The position numbers and the translations under genes were made by a program. Positions 28,063-37,048 of a stretch of 64,000 nucleotides of DNA are shown here, piece after piece. This DNA is from Actinomycetota bacterium (GTDB taxonomy: Bacteria > Actinomycetota > Acidimicrobiia > Spongiisociales > ZC4RG35), in the NCBI GenBank assembly GCA_046537785.1, contig JBKHKD010000002.1:71082-135081 (forward strand). The letters are read 5' to 3'. The notes below the pieces were generated by a model that was given only the letters and a program-made list of their open reading frames with translations, ran no database searches and was not told where the DNA came from. Position 1 is the first letter of the stretch, and each line of letters begins with the position of its first letter.

Positions 28063-28992
28063 ATGGGTAGGAGAGCAATAGTTCTTCTAGTGGCCTTGGT
28101 TTTGGCCGGATTGGCGGCTTGGGCCGTCTGGAACTTCATGCAGAACGTACGCGGTGAGGCCGAGGCCGGCCAGGAGCAGGTCACGGTTTTCCGCGCCGGC
28201 ACGGGTGGGGTCGCCGAAGGAACCGAAGGCAGCATCCTCCTGTCGGACTTCGAAGGTGGCGGAACACAGATCGTCGAGGGAACCGACGAGGTCGAGGACA
28301 CGCCCCCGGACGCCATCCAGTCCGAAGAGGAGCTTCGTAAGATACTCAGCGAACGCGTCGCGGCCGGCCCGATCTCCGAGCAAGCCATTCTGACCCGCTC
28401 CCAGTGGACCGAGGTGACCGTCGACGTGGAGCCTCTGGCCGATCAGATCGCATCGGGCAACCAGGCGATGACGATCTCGACCAGTGACGTCCAGGGCGTG
28501 AACGGTTTCGTCGAGGCCGGTGACCGGATCAACATGATCATCACCCTCGACATCGAGTTCGACAACATCCCGGTCGACGATGCCCCGGCTCTTCCCGACC
28601 CGGAAGACGAGGAAGAAGCGGAGGAGGAAGAGGAGACCGTCACCATTACCTACACCCGTTATGTGCTCCAGGGGCTCAACGTCCTTGCCGTGGGTCGTGA
28701 CGTCCGTGAAGAGGACGACGGTGACCAGACCGGTGAAATCGATGCCGACCAGGGTGCCGCCGAAGGCGAAGATGGCCAGGAGCAGGAAGGCGAAGAGCAG
28801 CAGGGCAACGACACGGTCTTCACTCTGGAGGTGACTCCGGACCAGGCCGAGCGTGTCGTCTACGCATTCCAGAATGGTTCGATCTGGCTTACCCTGGTGC
28901 CGGAAGATTTTGTTGAGATCGAGTCTGATGGTGTCACGATCGACAACCTGTTCGGGGGAGACCTCGTGGACTCGATCTTCGGAGACAACTAG
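28063..28992 (+). CDS. cpaB: Flp pilus assembly protein CpaB/RcpC-like (SAF domain) with acidic inserts
   Basis: N-terminal TM (AIVLLVALVLAGLAAWAVWNF), a SAF-like region, and a C-terminus VFTLEVTPDQAERVVYAFQNGSIWLTLVP typical of CpaB. D/E-rich low-complexity inserts. Confidence 0.7.
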   Translation: MGRRAIVLLVALVLAGLAAWAVWNFMQNVRGEAEAGQEQVTVFRAGTGGVAEGTEGSILLSDFEGGGTQIVEGTDEVEDTPPDAIQSEEELRKILSERVAAGPISEQAILTRSQWTEVTVDVEPLADQIASGNQAMTISTSDVQGVNGFVEAGDRINMIITLDIEFDNIPVDDAPALPDPEDEEEAEEEEETVTITYTRYVLQGLNVLAVGRDVREEDDGDQTGEIDADQGAAEGEDGQEQEGEEQQGNDTVFTLEVTPDQAERVVYAFQNGSIWLTLVPEDFVEIESDGVTIDNLFGGDLVDSIFGDN

Positions 28993-29010
28993 TTAGAGGA
29001 CAGATTTCTC

Positions 29011-30201
29011 ATGTCAATGGCCGAGCACAACCTCCTGGTCGTCGACCAGGACGACGACTTCGTCGCCAGCGCTAAGGAGCTGTTCGACGGAAGTCTTCCG
29101 GTTGCGCGCTCTCTCGAAGAGGCGAGTCAGACCGTGGCGTCCGGTGACGTCAGGATGATTCTCGTCGGCCCGTCCTACACCTCCGACGAAGCCATGGAAC
29201 AGATCCGTGAGCTCCACAATCAAGACCCGTCCCTGGTCTTGATGGTCGTGGCTGAGGAGGTGACGGCCGATCTGCTCCGCAAAGGCATGCGCTGTGGGGT
29301 CTCGGACGTGATCGAGTCGCCGCTGGACGAGGAGAAGATCGAGGCCGCTATCGAGCAGTTCGCCCACGACGTGCTTCACAGACGTTCGCCAGCGACGGCC
29401 GCACCACAGCCTTCAGGCGAAGAAGAGGGTGCCGAAGGCCGGATCATCACCGTGAGCTCGGCGAAGGGTGGCTCGGGCAAGACCGTTCTGGCAACGAATC
29501 TGGCTCTCGTGCTTCAGCGTCTGCCGGACACGAAAGTGTGTCTGGTCGACGCCGACCTCCAGTTCGGAGACGTCTGTCTGGTACTCCAGCTCGAGCCCCG
29601 CTTCACGATGGTCAACGCGGCCCACGAGTTGCATCATCTCGACGGTGAGCTGCTCGACTCCCTCCTCACCGAACATCCCAGCGGGCTGAAAGTGCTGGCC
29701 GCACCGTTGGAGCCGGCCTTCGCCGACGACATCACCACCGCCGGTCTGATGCAGATGCTCGACATCCTGAAGGAGAACTACGACTACGTGATAGTCGACA
29801 CGGCGGCGATGCTCGACGAGTTGATCCTGTCACTCATTGAGAAGTCCGACGACGTGCTCATGCTCGTCGACATGGACCTGCCTTCAGTCAAAAACGCCAA
29901 GCTCGCGCTCGAGACCCTCCGCCTCCTCAAGTTCTCCACCTCGAACGTGCAGTTGGTGATGAACAGGTCGAACTCCAAGGCCAAGCTGGACAACAAGGAA
30001 ATCGAAGGGGCCCTCAAGATGGAGATTGCAGCGTCGATACCTTCAGATGCGATCGTCGCCGCCTCGGTCAACGAGGGGCGTCCGGTCGTGGAAACGGATC
30101 CAAAATCTAAAGTAGCAAAGGGCTTCGAGTCAGTTGCCGAGCTGATCGCAGGCAAGATTCCAGAAGCCCAGTCAAAGTCCGGATTGTTCGGACGTAAGTA
30201 G
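29011..30201 (+). CDS. cpaE: Flp pilus assembly protein CpaE/TadZ
   Basis: N-terminal degenerate receiver-like domain plus a MinD/ParA-type ATPase. Deviant Walker A IITVSSAKGGSGKTVLATNLA. Confidence 0.8.
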   Translation: MSMAEHNLLVVDQDDDFVASAKELFDGSLPVARSLEEASQTVASGDVRMILVGPSYTSDEAMEQIRELHNQDPSLVLMVVAEEVTADLLRKGMRCGVSDVIESPLDEEKIEAAIEQFAHDVLHRRSPATAAPQPSGEEEGAEGRIITVSSAKGGSGKTVLATNLALVLQRLPDTKVCLVDADLQFGDVCLVLQLEPRFTMVNAAHELHHLDGELLDSLLTEHPSGLKVLAAPLEPAFADDITTAGLMQMLDILKENYDYVIVDTAAMLDELILSLIEKSDDVLMLVDMDLPSVKNAKLALETLRLLKFSTSNVQLVMNRSNSKAKLDNKEIEGALKMEIAASIPSDAIVAASVNEGRPVVETDPKSKVAKGFESVAELIAGKIPEAQSKSGLFGRK

Positions 30202-30215
30202 GGAAGGGGCCAGCA

Positions 30216-31571
30216 TTGCCATCACTATCTGAAAGAGTTGCAGCAGCCCGACAGACCGAGTCGTCAGACACGACCGTCAACAGGAGCGATGCGCTCAGTG
30301 ATTTGCGCGGCCGTCTCCACTTCAAGGTGGTCGAGGAACTCGGACCGACCCTGTACGACAGGGGGATGTCCGACGCCGAGCTTCGTCTCCGCGTGTTGGA
30401 GATGCTCGAGTGGGCGGTCGACCAGGAGCAGGGTCTTCCCCTCACCTCCGCCGACCGGCGCGCCCTCCTCAACGAGATCGCTTCGGACGTACTCGGCTAC
30501 GGTCCCATCGACCCGCTGCTCAACGACCCGGACGTCACCGAGGTCATGGCCAACGGGCCCTACGACATCTACTACGAGAAGAACGGCCGCATCCTGAAGT
30601 CGGATGTCCGGTTCGTGGACGAGACCCACCTGCGGCGCATCATCGACAAGATCGTCGGCCAGATCGGTCGTCGTGTCGACGAGGCGACCCCTATGGTGGA
30701 CGCCCGTCTCCCCGACGGCTCCCGTGTCAACGCCATCATCGCCCCGCTGGCGATCGGCGGGCCGTTCCTGACGATTCGTAAGTTCTCCGTCGACCCGTTC
30801 CAGGAGGCCGACCTGATCAGCTTCGGCACGCTGACCCAGCGTGTCGCCGACTTCCTACGGGCCTGTGTCCGGGGACGTCTCAACATCATCATTTCAGGCG
30901 GTACTGGCTCCGGTAAGACCACCACTCTCAACGTGGTGTCGGCATACATCCCCGGCGATGAGCGCATCATCACCGTGGAGGACGCCGCCGAGCTCCAGCT
31001 CCACCAGGAGCACGTGCTTTCGCTCGAGTCCCGCCCGGCCAACATCGAGGGCAAGGGTGCGGTGGAGATCCGTGACCTGGTGAAGAACTCCCTGCGTATG
31101 CGTCCCGACCGCATCGTCGTCGGTGAGGTTCGTGACGCCGCCGCCCTGGACATGCTCCAGGCCATGAACACCGGTCACGACGGGTCGCTGACCACCATCC
31201 ACTCCAATACCCCTCGTGACACCCTGTCCCGTATCGAGACCATGGTCATGATGGCCGGCTACGACCTGCCGGTCCGGGCCATTCGCGAGCAGGTGTCTTC
31301 GGCGGTCGACCTGATCGTCCACGTCTCCCGTCTCAAGGACGGCACCCGTAGGGTCACCCACGTGACCGAGGTGGAAGGCATGGAGGGCGAAGTCATCACC
31401 CTTCAGGACCTGTTCCTCTTCGACTACGGCATGGGCGTCGACGACGATGGCGTCTACAAGGGTCGCCTCAAGGCCACGGGAATCCGCCCCAGCTTCTCCG
31501 AGGACCTGGAGAACCAGGGCATCCGGCTTCCCGCCGACCTGTTCGACCCCGAGCCGTTCGCCCGCAGATGA
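30216..31571 (+). CDS. cpaF: Tad secretion ATPase CpaF/TadA
   Basis: Walker A GGTGSGKTTTLN, an Asp box, Walker B and a His box (TIHSNTPRDTL). TTG start with a GGGAAGGGG SD. Confidence 0.9.
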   Translation: MPSLSERVAAARQTESSDTTVNRSDALSDLRGRLHFKVVEELGPTLYDRGMSDAELRLRVLEMLEWAVDQEQGLPLTSADRRALLNEIASDVLGYGPIDPLLNDPDVTEVMANGPYDIYYEKNGRILKSDVRFVDETHLRRIIDKIVGQIGRRVDEATPMVDARLPDGSRVNAIIAPLAIGGPFLTIRKFSVDPFQEADLISFGTLTQRVADFLRACVRGRLNIIISGGTGSGKTTTLNVVSAYIPGDERIITVEDAAELQLHQEHVLSLESRPANIEGKGAVEIRDLVKNSLRMRPDRIVVGEVRDAAALDMLQAMNTGHDGSLTTIHSNTPRDTLSRIETMVMMAGYDLPVRAIREQVSSAVDLIVHVSRLKDGTRRVTHVTEVEGMEGEVITLQDLFLFDYGMGVDDDGVYKGRLKATGIRPSFSEDLENQGIRLPADLFDPEPFARR

Positions 31572-33523
31572 AGAAGCTCCTCGCGGTTGTCGCCGCGCTG
31601 TTCCTGGTCGCTCTACCCGCCTGGGGACAGACCGAATCCCAGGAAATCGAGATCGTCGACATCAACGGGTCGCGCTACCCCGAGGGTGGTCAGACCCAGA
31701 TGGTCATCGAGTTCCGCGACTTCGCCGAAGAGCCCGATCCCGAGGCTCTCGAGGTGACCGCCAACGGCGAGCCGGTGTCCGATCTGGTCGTCGAGCCCGT
31801 GGGCGCCTCCGCCGTGCCTGTCGGTGTGGTGCTGGCGATCGACACTTCCGGGTCGATGGAAGGCGAGCCCATAGCTGCGGCCATCAGCGCCGCGCAGAGC
31901 TTCGTCGACCAGGCCAGGGCCGAAGACCGCATTGCCCTGGTCACCTTCAATGATGAGGTGCAGGTTCTCTCCGGTTTCACCAACAACAAGCAGTCCCTCA
32001 ATTCCACTCTCGAGTCGATAACCGCCGAGGGTGAGACCGCATTCAACGACGGGGTAATCCGCGGCATCGAGATGTTCGAGGAACCCGGGGCGTCCAGCCT
32101 TCTCCCCAACATGATCGTTTTGACCGATGGCGAGGACACCGCTTCGGAGTCGTCTCTAGACGATGCCCTGGCGGCCGTCGACGGCACCGACGTACGTACT
32201 TTCTCCGTCGCCCTCGAGGGGTCTGATTTCAACCCCGAGGCTGTGGAGCAAGTGGCTACGGCTGGTGGCGGATTGTTCCTGTCGACACCCGATCCCGAGC
32301 AGCTTTCCCAGCTCTACACCGAGATCAGCCGGGAGATCAGCAACACCCTCGTGGCACGGTTCGTGTCGCCCATCTCGACACCGGGCGAGGTCGACTTCGA
32401 AGTCGGCTACGAGGGGCTGAGCTCGGCAGAGGTCTTCCCCGTCTCGGGCTATGAGGTCACGACTACAACGAGCGAGCCGGGCGAGACGACGACCACCACA
32501 TTGGCCCCATTGACGGGGACTGTCGTGGAGGGTGGGGCCGCACTGCCTCTGGATACTTTGATCCTGATCGGTGCGGCAGGTCTGGGCCTAACGTTGTTCC
32601 TGTTCCTGGTCATCCTGTTTGGCCGGGAGGAGGAAGACGAGCCCGGTCGTTTCGCCGCTCGTCTCCAGGCCTATGGGCGACGTGGCCAGCAGGAAGGGGA
32701 GGAGGAGAGGTCCTTACTGGAGCGCATCCCTCTGCTGAATCGATTCACCCAGGCGGCCGAGGAAGAGGTGCGGAGACGGGGGCTCCTATCCGGAGTCAAC
32801 TCGACGCTGGAGCAGGCAAACATTCCCATGACCGCCGGCGAGGCGATCCTCGGAATGATCGGGCTCTCCGCCGTGGGTGGGATCCTCGTCGGGATCTTCA
32901 ACGGCGCCATCACCGGGGCCATCGCTTTCGGCTTGTTCCTTATGTTGTCGGTGTTCCTGATCCGTTTCGCCGGCTCCCGGGAGAAGAGGAAGTTCGAGAA
33001 TCAGCTGCCCGACACTCTCACCCTCATGTCGACGTCGTTGCGGGCCGGTTACTCGCTGTTGCAAGCTACCGAGGCGGTGTCCAAGGAGTCGCCTAACCCC
33101 ACAGCCCGGGAGTTCGGCCGGGCCATCGCCGAGGCCCGGCTTGGCCGCTCGGTGACTGAGGCGTTGGAGGGGGTGGTGGAGCGGACCCAGTCAGAGGACT
33201 TCCAGTGGGCCGTCATGGCCATCGAGATCCAGCGTGAGGTCGGCGGTAACCTCGCCGAGGTGCTTCAGACCGTGGCCGACACCATGCGGGCACGAAACCG
33301 TCTCAAGGGCGAGATCAGGGCTCTCACTGCAGAGGGACGCATCTCCGCATTCGTCCTTGGGTCACTCCCATTCGCCATGTTTCTGTTCTTGTGGACCTCA
33401 AACCGTGACTATTTGCTTCCGCTGCTAGAGAACACCTTCGGAATCATTGCGATAATCATCGGAGTGATGCTGATGGCCGGTGGGATCTTCTGGCTCAAGA
33501 AGATCGTGGATATCGAGATATGA
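31568..33523 (+). CDS. Signal peptide plus von Willebrand factor A domain fused to a TadB-like inner-membrane platform protein
   Basis: N-terminus: signal peptide MKKLLAVVAALFLVALPAWGQ, then vWA with a MIDAS motif (VLAIDTSGSMEG … LTDGEDT). C-terminal roughly 320 aa: TM plus a GspF/TadB-like domain (PMTAGEAILGMIGL…, QLPDTLTLMSTSLRAGYS…). ATGA-coupled to cpaF. Confidence 0.75.
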   Translation: MKKLLAVVAALFLVALPAWGQTESQEIEIVDINGSRYPEGGQTQMVIEFRDFAEEPDPEALEVTANGEPVSDLVVEPVGASAVPVGVVLAIDTSGSMEGEPIAAAISAAQSFVDQARAEDRIALVTFNDEVQVLSGFTNNKQSLNSTLESITAEGETAFNDGVIRGIEMFEEPGASSLLPNMIVLTDGEDTASESSLDDALAAVDGTDVRTFSVALEGSDFNPEAVEQVATAGGGLFLSTPDPEQLSQLYTEISREISNTLVARFVSPISTPGEVDFEVGYEGLSSAEVFPVSGYEVTTTTSEPGETTTTTLAPLTGTVVEGGAALPLDTLILIGAAGLGLTLFLFLVILFGREEEDEPGRFAARLQAYGRRGQQEGEEERSLLERIPLLNRFTQAAEEEVRRRGLLSGVNSTLEQANIPMTAGEAILGMIGLSAVGGILVGIFNGAITGAIAFGLFLMLSVFLIRFAGSREKRKFENQLPDTLTLMSTSLRAGYSLLQATEAVSKESPNPTAREFGRAIAEARLGRSVTEALEGVVERTQSEDFQWAVMAIEIQREVGGNLAEVLQTVADTMRARNRLKGEIRALTAEGRISAFVLGSLPFAMFLFLWTSNRDYLLPLLENTFGIIAIIIGVMLMAGGIFWLKKIVDIEI

Positions 33524-34455
33524 GCGCCTTCGACCCAATCCTCATCGCCGTTGTGGCCGTCTTCGCCCTGGTCCTGTTCGTGGTCGTCTGGGTGGGGATG
33601 GGTGTTACCCAAGCGCGTGAGGACATGGCCAACCGGTTGGAGCTCTACGGCCGGGACACCGTCGCTGGCGCCCGCGAGGACGAGTTGGCCAAACCTCTGG
33701 CGCAGCGGACTGTAGGCCCTGTCGTCATCAGGTTGGGCAACTTCCTGAAGCGATTCACCCCGGTCGGGTATCTGGAAAAAAAACAGCGCAAGCTGATGCT
33801 CGCGGGCTATCCGGGTAATCTAGATGCTCCGGCATTCACGGTGGTGAAGCTGCTTACCACTGCCCTCGGTCTGGGTGCGGCGTTTGTTCTTATCGATCTT
33901 GGCGCCGATGCGCTCCAGCAGGTCGTGTTATTCGCTTTGCCCATCGCCCTTGGATTCTTCGGACCCGACGCATGGTTAGAACGCAAAGTCGGTGATCGGC
34001 GACAGGCGATGTTGCGTTCACTACCCGACATACTCGACTTGTTAGTGATTTCGGTTGAGGCGGGTCTCGGTTTCGACTCTGCGCTGGCCCGTGTCGTCGC
34101 GACAGTTCCGGGGCCGTTGTCGGAGGAGTTCTACAGAATGCTCCAGGAGACTCGAGTCGGTGTTAGTCGTCGCGACGCAATGAGACACCTCTCGGAACGG
34201 ACCGACCTCGAGGAACTGAGATCGTTCCTCTTGGCCATGATCCAGGCGGAGGCTTTCGGTGTCACCATCGCCAGAGTTCTGCGGGTGCAGGCCGACGAGA
34301 TGCGTGTCAAGAGGCGGCAGCGGGCGCAGGAGAAGGCGTTCGCCGCTCCGGTGAAACTGGTTTTCCCTCTCGTGTTCTGCATCTTTCCGTCGTTGTTCAT
34401 AGTTCTTCTCGGTCCGGCTGCGATCCAGATCGCTGAAGCCTTCGCTTCGACATGA
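33520..34455 (+). CDS. tadC: TadC-like platform protein (GspF-family)
   Basis: 311 aa. TM, then a GspF-like domain (LPDILDLLVISVEAGLGFDSALARV), then TMs. ATGA-coupled. Confidence 0.75.
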   Translation: MSAFDPILIAVVAVFALVLFVVVWVGMGVTQAREDMANRLELYGRDTVAGAREDELAKPLAQRTVGPVVIRLGNFLKRFTPVGYLEKKQRKLMLAGYPGNLDAPAFTVVKLLTTALGLGAAFVLIDLGADALQQVVLFALPIALGFFGPDAWLERKVGDRRQAMLRSLPDILDLLVISVEAGLGFDSALARVVATVPGPLSEEFYRMLQETRVGVSRRDAMRHLSERTDLEELRSFLLAMIQAEAFGVTIARVLRVQADEMRVKRRQRAQEKAFAAPVKLVFPLVFCIFPSLFIVLLGPAAIQIAEAFAST

Positions 34456-35798
34456 CCGGGACGGCCGCGCACGGGGCGCGGCGTCTCTCCATTTCTCATC
34501 TCGCCCTCCTGGTCCCTTGGGTGGCGCTGGTCATCGACGCGTTTCAGCCGATCGGGGACAATTCGTTCCTCTGGCACGTTCGTGCGGGCACCTTGCAGGC
34601 AGGACGCGCAGAAGTTCTCACGTCGGACCCCTTCTCATTCACGATGTCGGGAGAGCCATGGCGTACTCAGAGCTGGCTGGCGGAGCTCCTCTATGGGTGG
34701 GGAGAGAACATGTTCGGATTGGGTTACGTCCCCTACATGATCCTTCTCGTTGGGACGCTCACATTCATTGGCATTGGCCTGCTCGCCTATCTCCACTCGA
34801 GGAGCGTGCCTGCGACCGCGTTTGTTCTGGTTCTGGCTGTCCTGGCCTTGATCAGTTTCCTGGTGCCGCGGCCCGTCATTCTCTCCTATCTTCTCATGGT
34901 GCTGGTGATCCTCGCCTGGGATCAACCGGCCACGCGATGGACAATTCCCTTGCTGTTTTGGATTTGGGCCTCGGTTCACGCCAGTTTCGTCATAGGTCTC
35001 CTATACGTGGGTGTGACGCTCATCATGAGGAAGAATTGGCGTCTGCTTCCCGTAGCGGTGGTTGGTGGGGTGGCAACGCTGGCAACAGCGCACGGTCTCG
35101 GGGTGGTGTCGTTCCTTCTCGACTTCGGGCAGAACAGCGACGTCCTCCAGTATCTGACCGAGTGGCGCGATCCCGAGTTGTTCGAGCCGGTGTTTCTCCC
35201 CTTTGCCGGTTCAATCGTCTTTATTGTCATCGGGGCGTTTCGGGACCGGATCTCGCCCCGCCATCTCTGGTTGTTGGTCCCGTTCCTAGCTCTAGGGCTG
35301 AGTTCGGTCCGTGCCATACCTCCGGCATTTCTCGGCCTGATTCCGCTGGTAGCCATCTCTCTGTCAGGCCTTCAGATTGGCACGCGAGCGGGTCTACGCC
35401 CTCAGCTGGCTGCGATATTTGCCCTCGTGGTTCTGTTCATACCATGGCTGTTGACTTCAGGCACCGGTCTATCCGAAGAACGGTTTCCTCTGGAAGCCAC
35501 TGCGAGTCTGGGCGCCGTGCCCACATTCCACGATGATCGCGTGGGCGGCTATCTGATATGGGCGCTTGGCCCGGACCGGAAGGTCTACATCGATGACCGG
35601 GCCGAGCTCTATGGCGGTCGGATGGCCGAATTCGTTGCTGTGCGGCGCGGGGAGACTCCTTGGGAGCCCGTCTTCGAACGTGATGGAATCGAACAGGCCG
35701 TGCTAGCGAACGGCGAACGGTTGGTGGATGAGCTGCGTTCGTCGGGGTGGATTGAAGTGCACGCCGATGAGCATTTCACGGTCCTTCGCCCAGGGTGA
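34452..35798 (+). CDS. Polytopic membrane protein of unknown function, last gene of the tad operon
   Basis: 448 aa with 10 or more TM helices and a roughly 100-aa soluble C-terminal domain. ATGA-coupled to tadC. No family recognised by eye. Confidence 0.55.
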   Translation: MTGTAAHGARRLSISHLALLVPWVALVIDAFQPIGDNSFLWHVRAGTLQAGRAEVLTSDPFSFTMSGEPWRTQSWLAELLYGWGENMFGLGYVPYMILLVGTLTFIGIGLLAYLHSRSVPATAFVLVLAVLALISFLVPRPVILSYLLMVLVILAWDQPATRWTIPLLFWIWASVHASFVIGLLYVGVTLIMRKNWRLLPVAVVGGVATLATAHGLGVVSFLLDFGQNSDVLQYLTEWRDPELFEPVFLPFAGSIVFIVIGAFRDRISPRHLWLLVPFLALGLSSVRAIPPAFLGLIPLVAISLSGLQIGTRAGLRPQLAAIFALVVLFIPWLLTSGTGLSEERFPLEATASLGAVPTFHDDRVGGYLIWALGPDRKVYIDDRAELYGGRMAEFVAVRRGETPWEPVFERDGIEQAVLANGERLVDELRSSGWIEVHADEHFTVLRPG

Positions 35799-35825
35799 GC
35801 CAGCAAGGCCACGTTGGTGGTGACA

Positions 35826-35860
35826 AGAAAAAGGGGCCCGGCTAAGCGGGCCCCTTTCCG
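35826..35860. terminator. Bidirectional intrinsic terminator between the tad operon and the flp genes
   Basis: aaaaaggggcccg-gctaa-gcgggcccctttcc: a GC stem flanked by an A-tract on one side and a T-tract on the other. Confidence 0.6.
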
Positions 35861-35873
35861 TCTAGTTGGTTGA

Positions 35874-36053
35874 CTACGTCTGGTCGAGACCAGAAGCGAT
35901 GTCACTGAACGTTCCGGACACCTCTTCACCGGCGAGTGCGACGGCGACGAGAGCGATGATGGCGATCAGCACCACGAGTAGAGCGTACTCCACCATGGAA
36001 GCGCCCTTCTCATTGTCCATCCAGGTCTTTACCTTGGTCCACAGAGCAAGCAT
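35874..36053 (-). CDS. flp: Flp-family type IVb prepilin
   Basis: 59-aa product MLALWTKVKTWMDNEKGAS|MVEYALLVVLIAIIALVAVALAG…: Flp motif G/(A)SxxEY followed by a hydrophobic stretch. SD AAGGAGG lies 5 nt upstream of ATG 36053. Confidence 0.75.
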   Translation of the reverse strand: MLALWTKVKTWMDNEKGASMVEYALLVVLIAIIALVAVALAGEEVSGTFSDIASGLDQT

Positions 36054-36147
36054 TGACCCCTCCTTGGGTTGTCGTACATGGGCTTGCAGTGGGCAAATTA
36101 GCCCACAAGTATCCGGAGACAATGGGTCTCCGGAATCATGAGAAATG

Positions 36148-36333
36148 TCAAGGACCGGCTTCCACCAGGCCGGAGCCGATCTCCGAGTAGGTCGAAGAGA
36201 GCTCGGTACCTGCCAGTTCCACTGCCACGAGGGCAACGATGGCTATGAGAACCGCGAGCAGCCCGTATTCGGCCATCGAGGCGCCCCGGTCATCGAATCG
36301 AAGCTTCTGATATAGACGTATCAACAAACTCAA
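36148..36333 (-). CDS. flp: Flp-family type IVb prepilin, tandem paralog
   Basis: …RFDDRGAS|MAEYGLLAVLIAIVALVAVELAG… The TTG start is uncertain by two or three codons. Confidence 0.7.
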   Translation of the reverse strand: MSLLIRLYQKLRFDDRGASMAEYGLLAVLIAIVALVAVELAGTELSSTYSEIGSGLVEAGP

Positions 36334-36409
36334 ACCTCTGTTATTGCTGTTGTCAGCGTAAGACCGAACGCGGGCGTTGCTGATAGGTCGCAGGGCTTAT
36401 TGGTTTCGG

Positions 36410-37048
36410 TCAATGCGGTCGGGCGATTCCGAGCTTGATCGCTTCGATCGCGGCCTGAGTGCGATCACTTACTGCCAGTTTCTGGAATATCGAGGCCAAA
36501 TGATTCTTGACGGTCTTCTGCGATATGTACAGCCGATCGGCCAGCTCGTCGGTGGCAGAGACGCCTATGGCGAGTAGCTGGAGGATTTCCCGCTCCCGCG
36601 GGGTGAGAGAGGCGGCGCCAGGATCGAGTTCCGCTTCCCCGTAGCTCTCCAGCAAGGAGTCGCGTTCCTCGTCATTCAGTTCGATGAGGTTCTGTCCGTC
36701 GGCAACGGCACGGACGGCGGATGCCAGAGTGCCGAGGGGGACAGCCTTGGAGAAGAAGCCGACGGCTCCCGCCTCGACTGCTCGCTTCTTCTGCTCGTCG
36801 TTGGCGTACATGGAGACGACGATCGCCTTGGATCGCCGTCCCAGTTTGGCAATCGTCTCGATTCCGTCTCCGCCGGGCATCTCGATGTCCACGATGGAGA
36901 CCTCGGCGGGCTGGCTCTCCAGAAGGGAATCGAGCTCAGGACCTGAATTGACGACACCCACCACCCTGGCGTCGGGGAGACTGTTGAGAGCCTGACTAAG
37001 GCCTTCAGCAAACAGTTGATGATCGTCGGCGATCATGACTCGAATCAT
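36410..37048 (-). CDS. NarL/LuxR-family response regulator
   Basis: REC domain (IADDHQLF…DIEMPGGDG) plus a LuxR HTH (LTPREREILQLLAIGVSATDELADRLYISQKTVKNH). Start at MIRVMIADD gives a 4-nt ATGA-type overlap with the kinase stop. Confidence 0.85.
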   Translation of the reverse strand: MIRVMIADDHQLFAEGLSQALNSLPDARVVGVVNSGPELDSLLESQPAEVSIVDIEMPGGDGIETIAKLGRRSKAIVVSMYANDEQKKRAVEAGAVGFFSKAVPLGTLASAVRAVADGQNLIELNDEERDSLLESYGEAELDPGAASLTPREREILQLLAIGVSATDELADRLYISQKTVKNHLASIFQKLAVSDRTQAAIEAIKLGIARPH

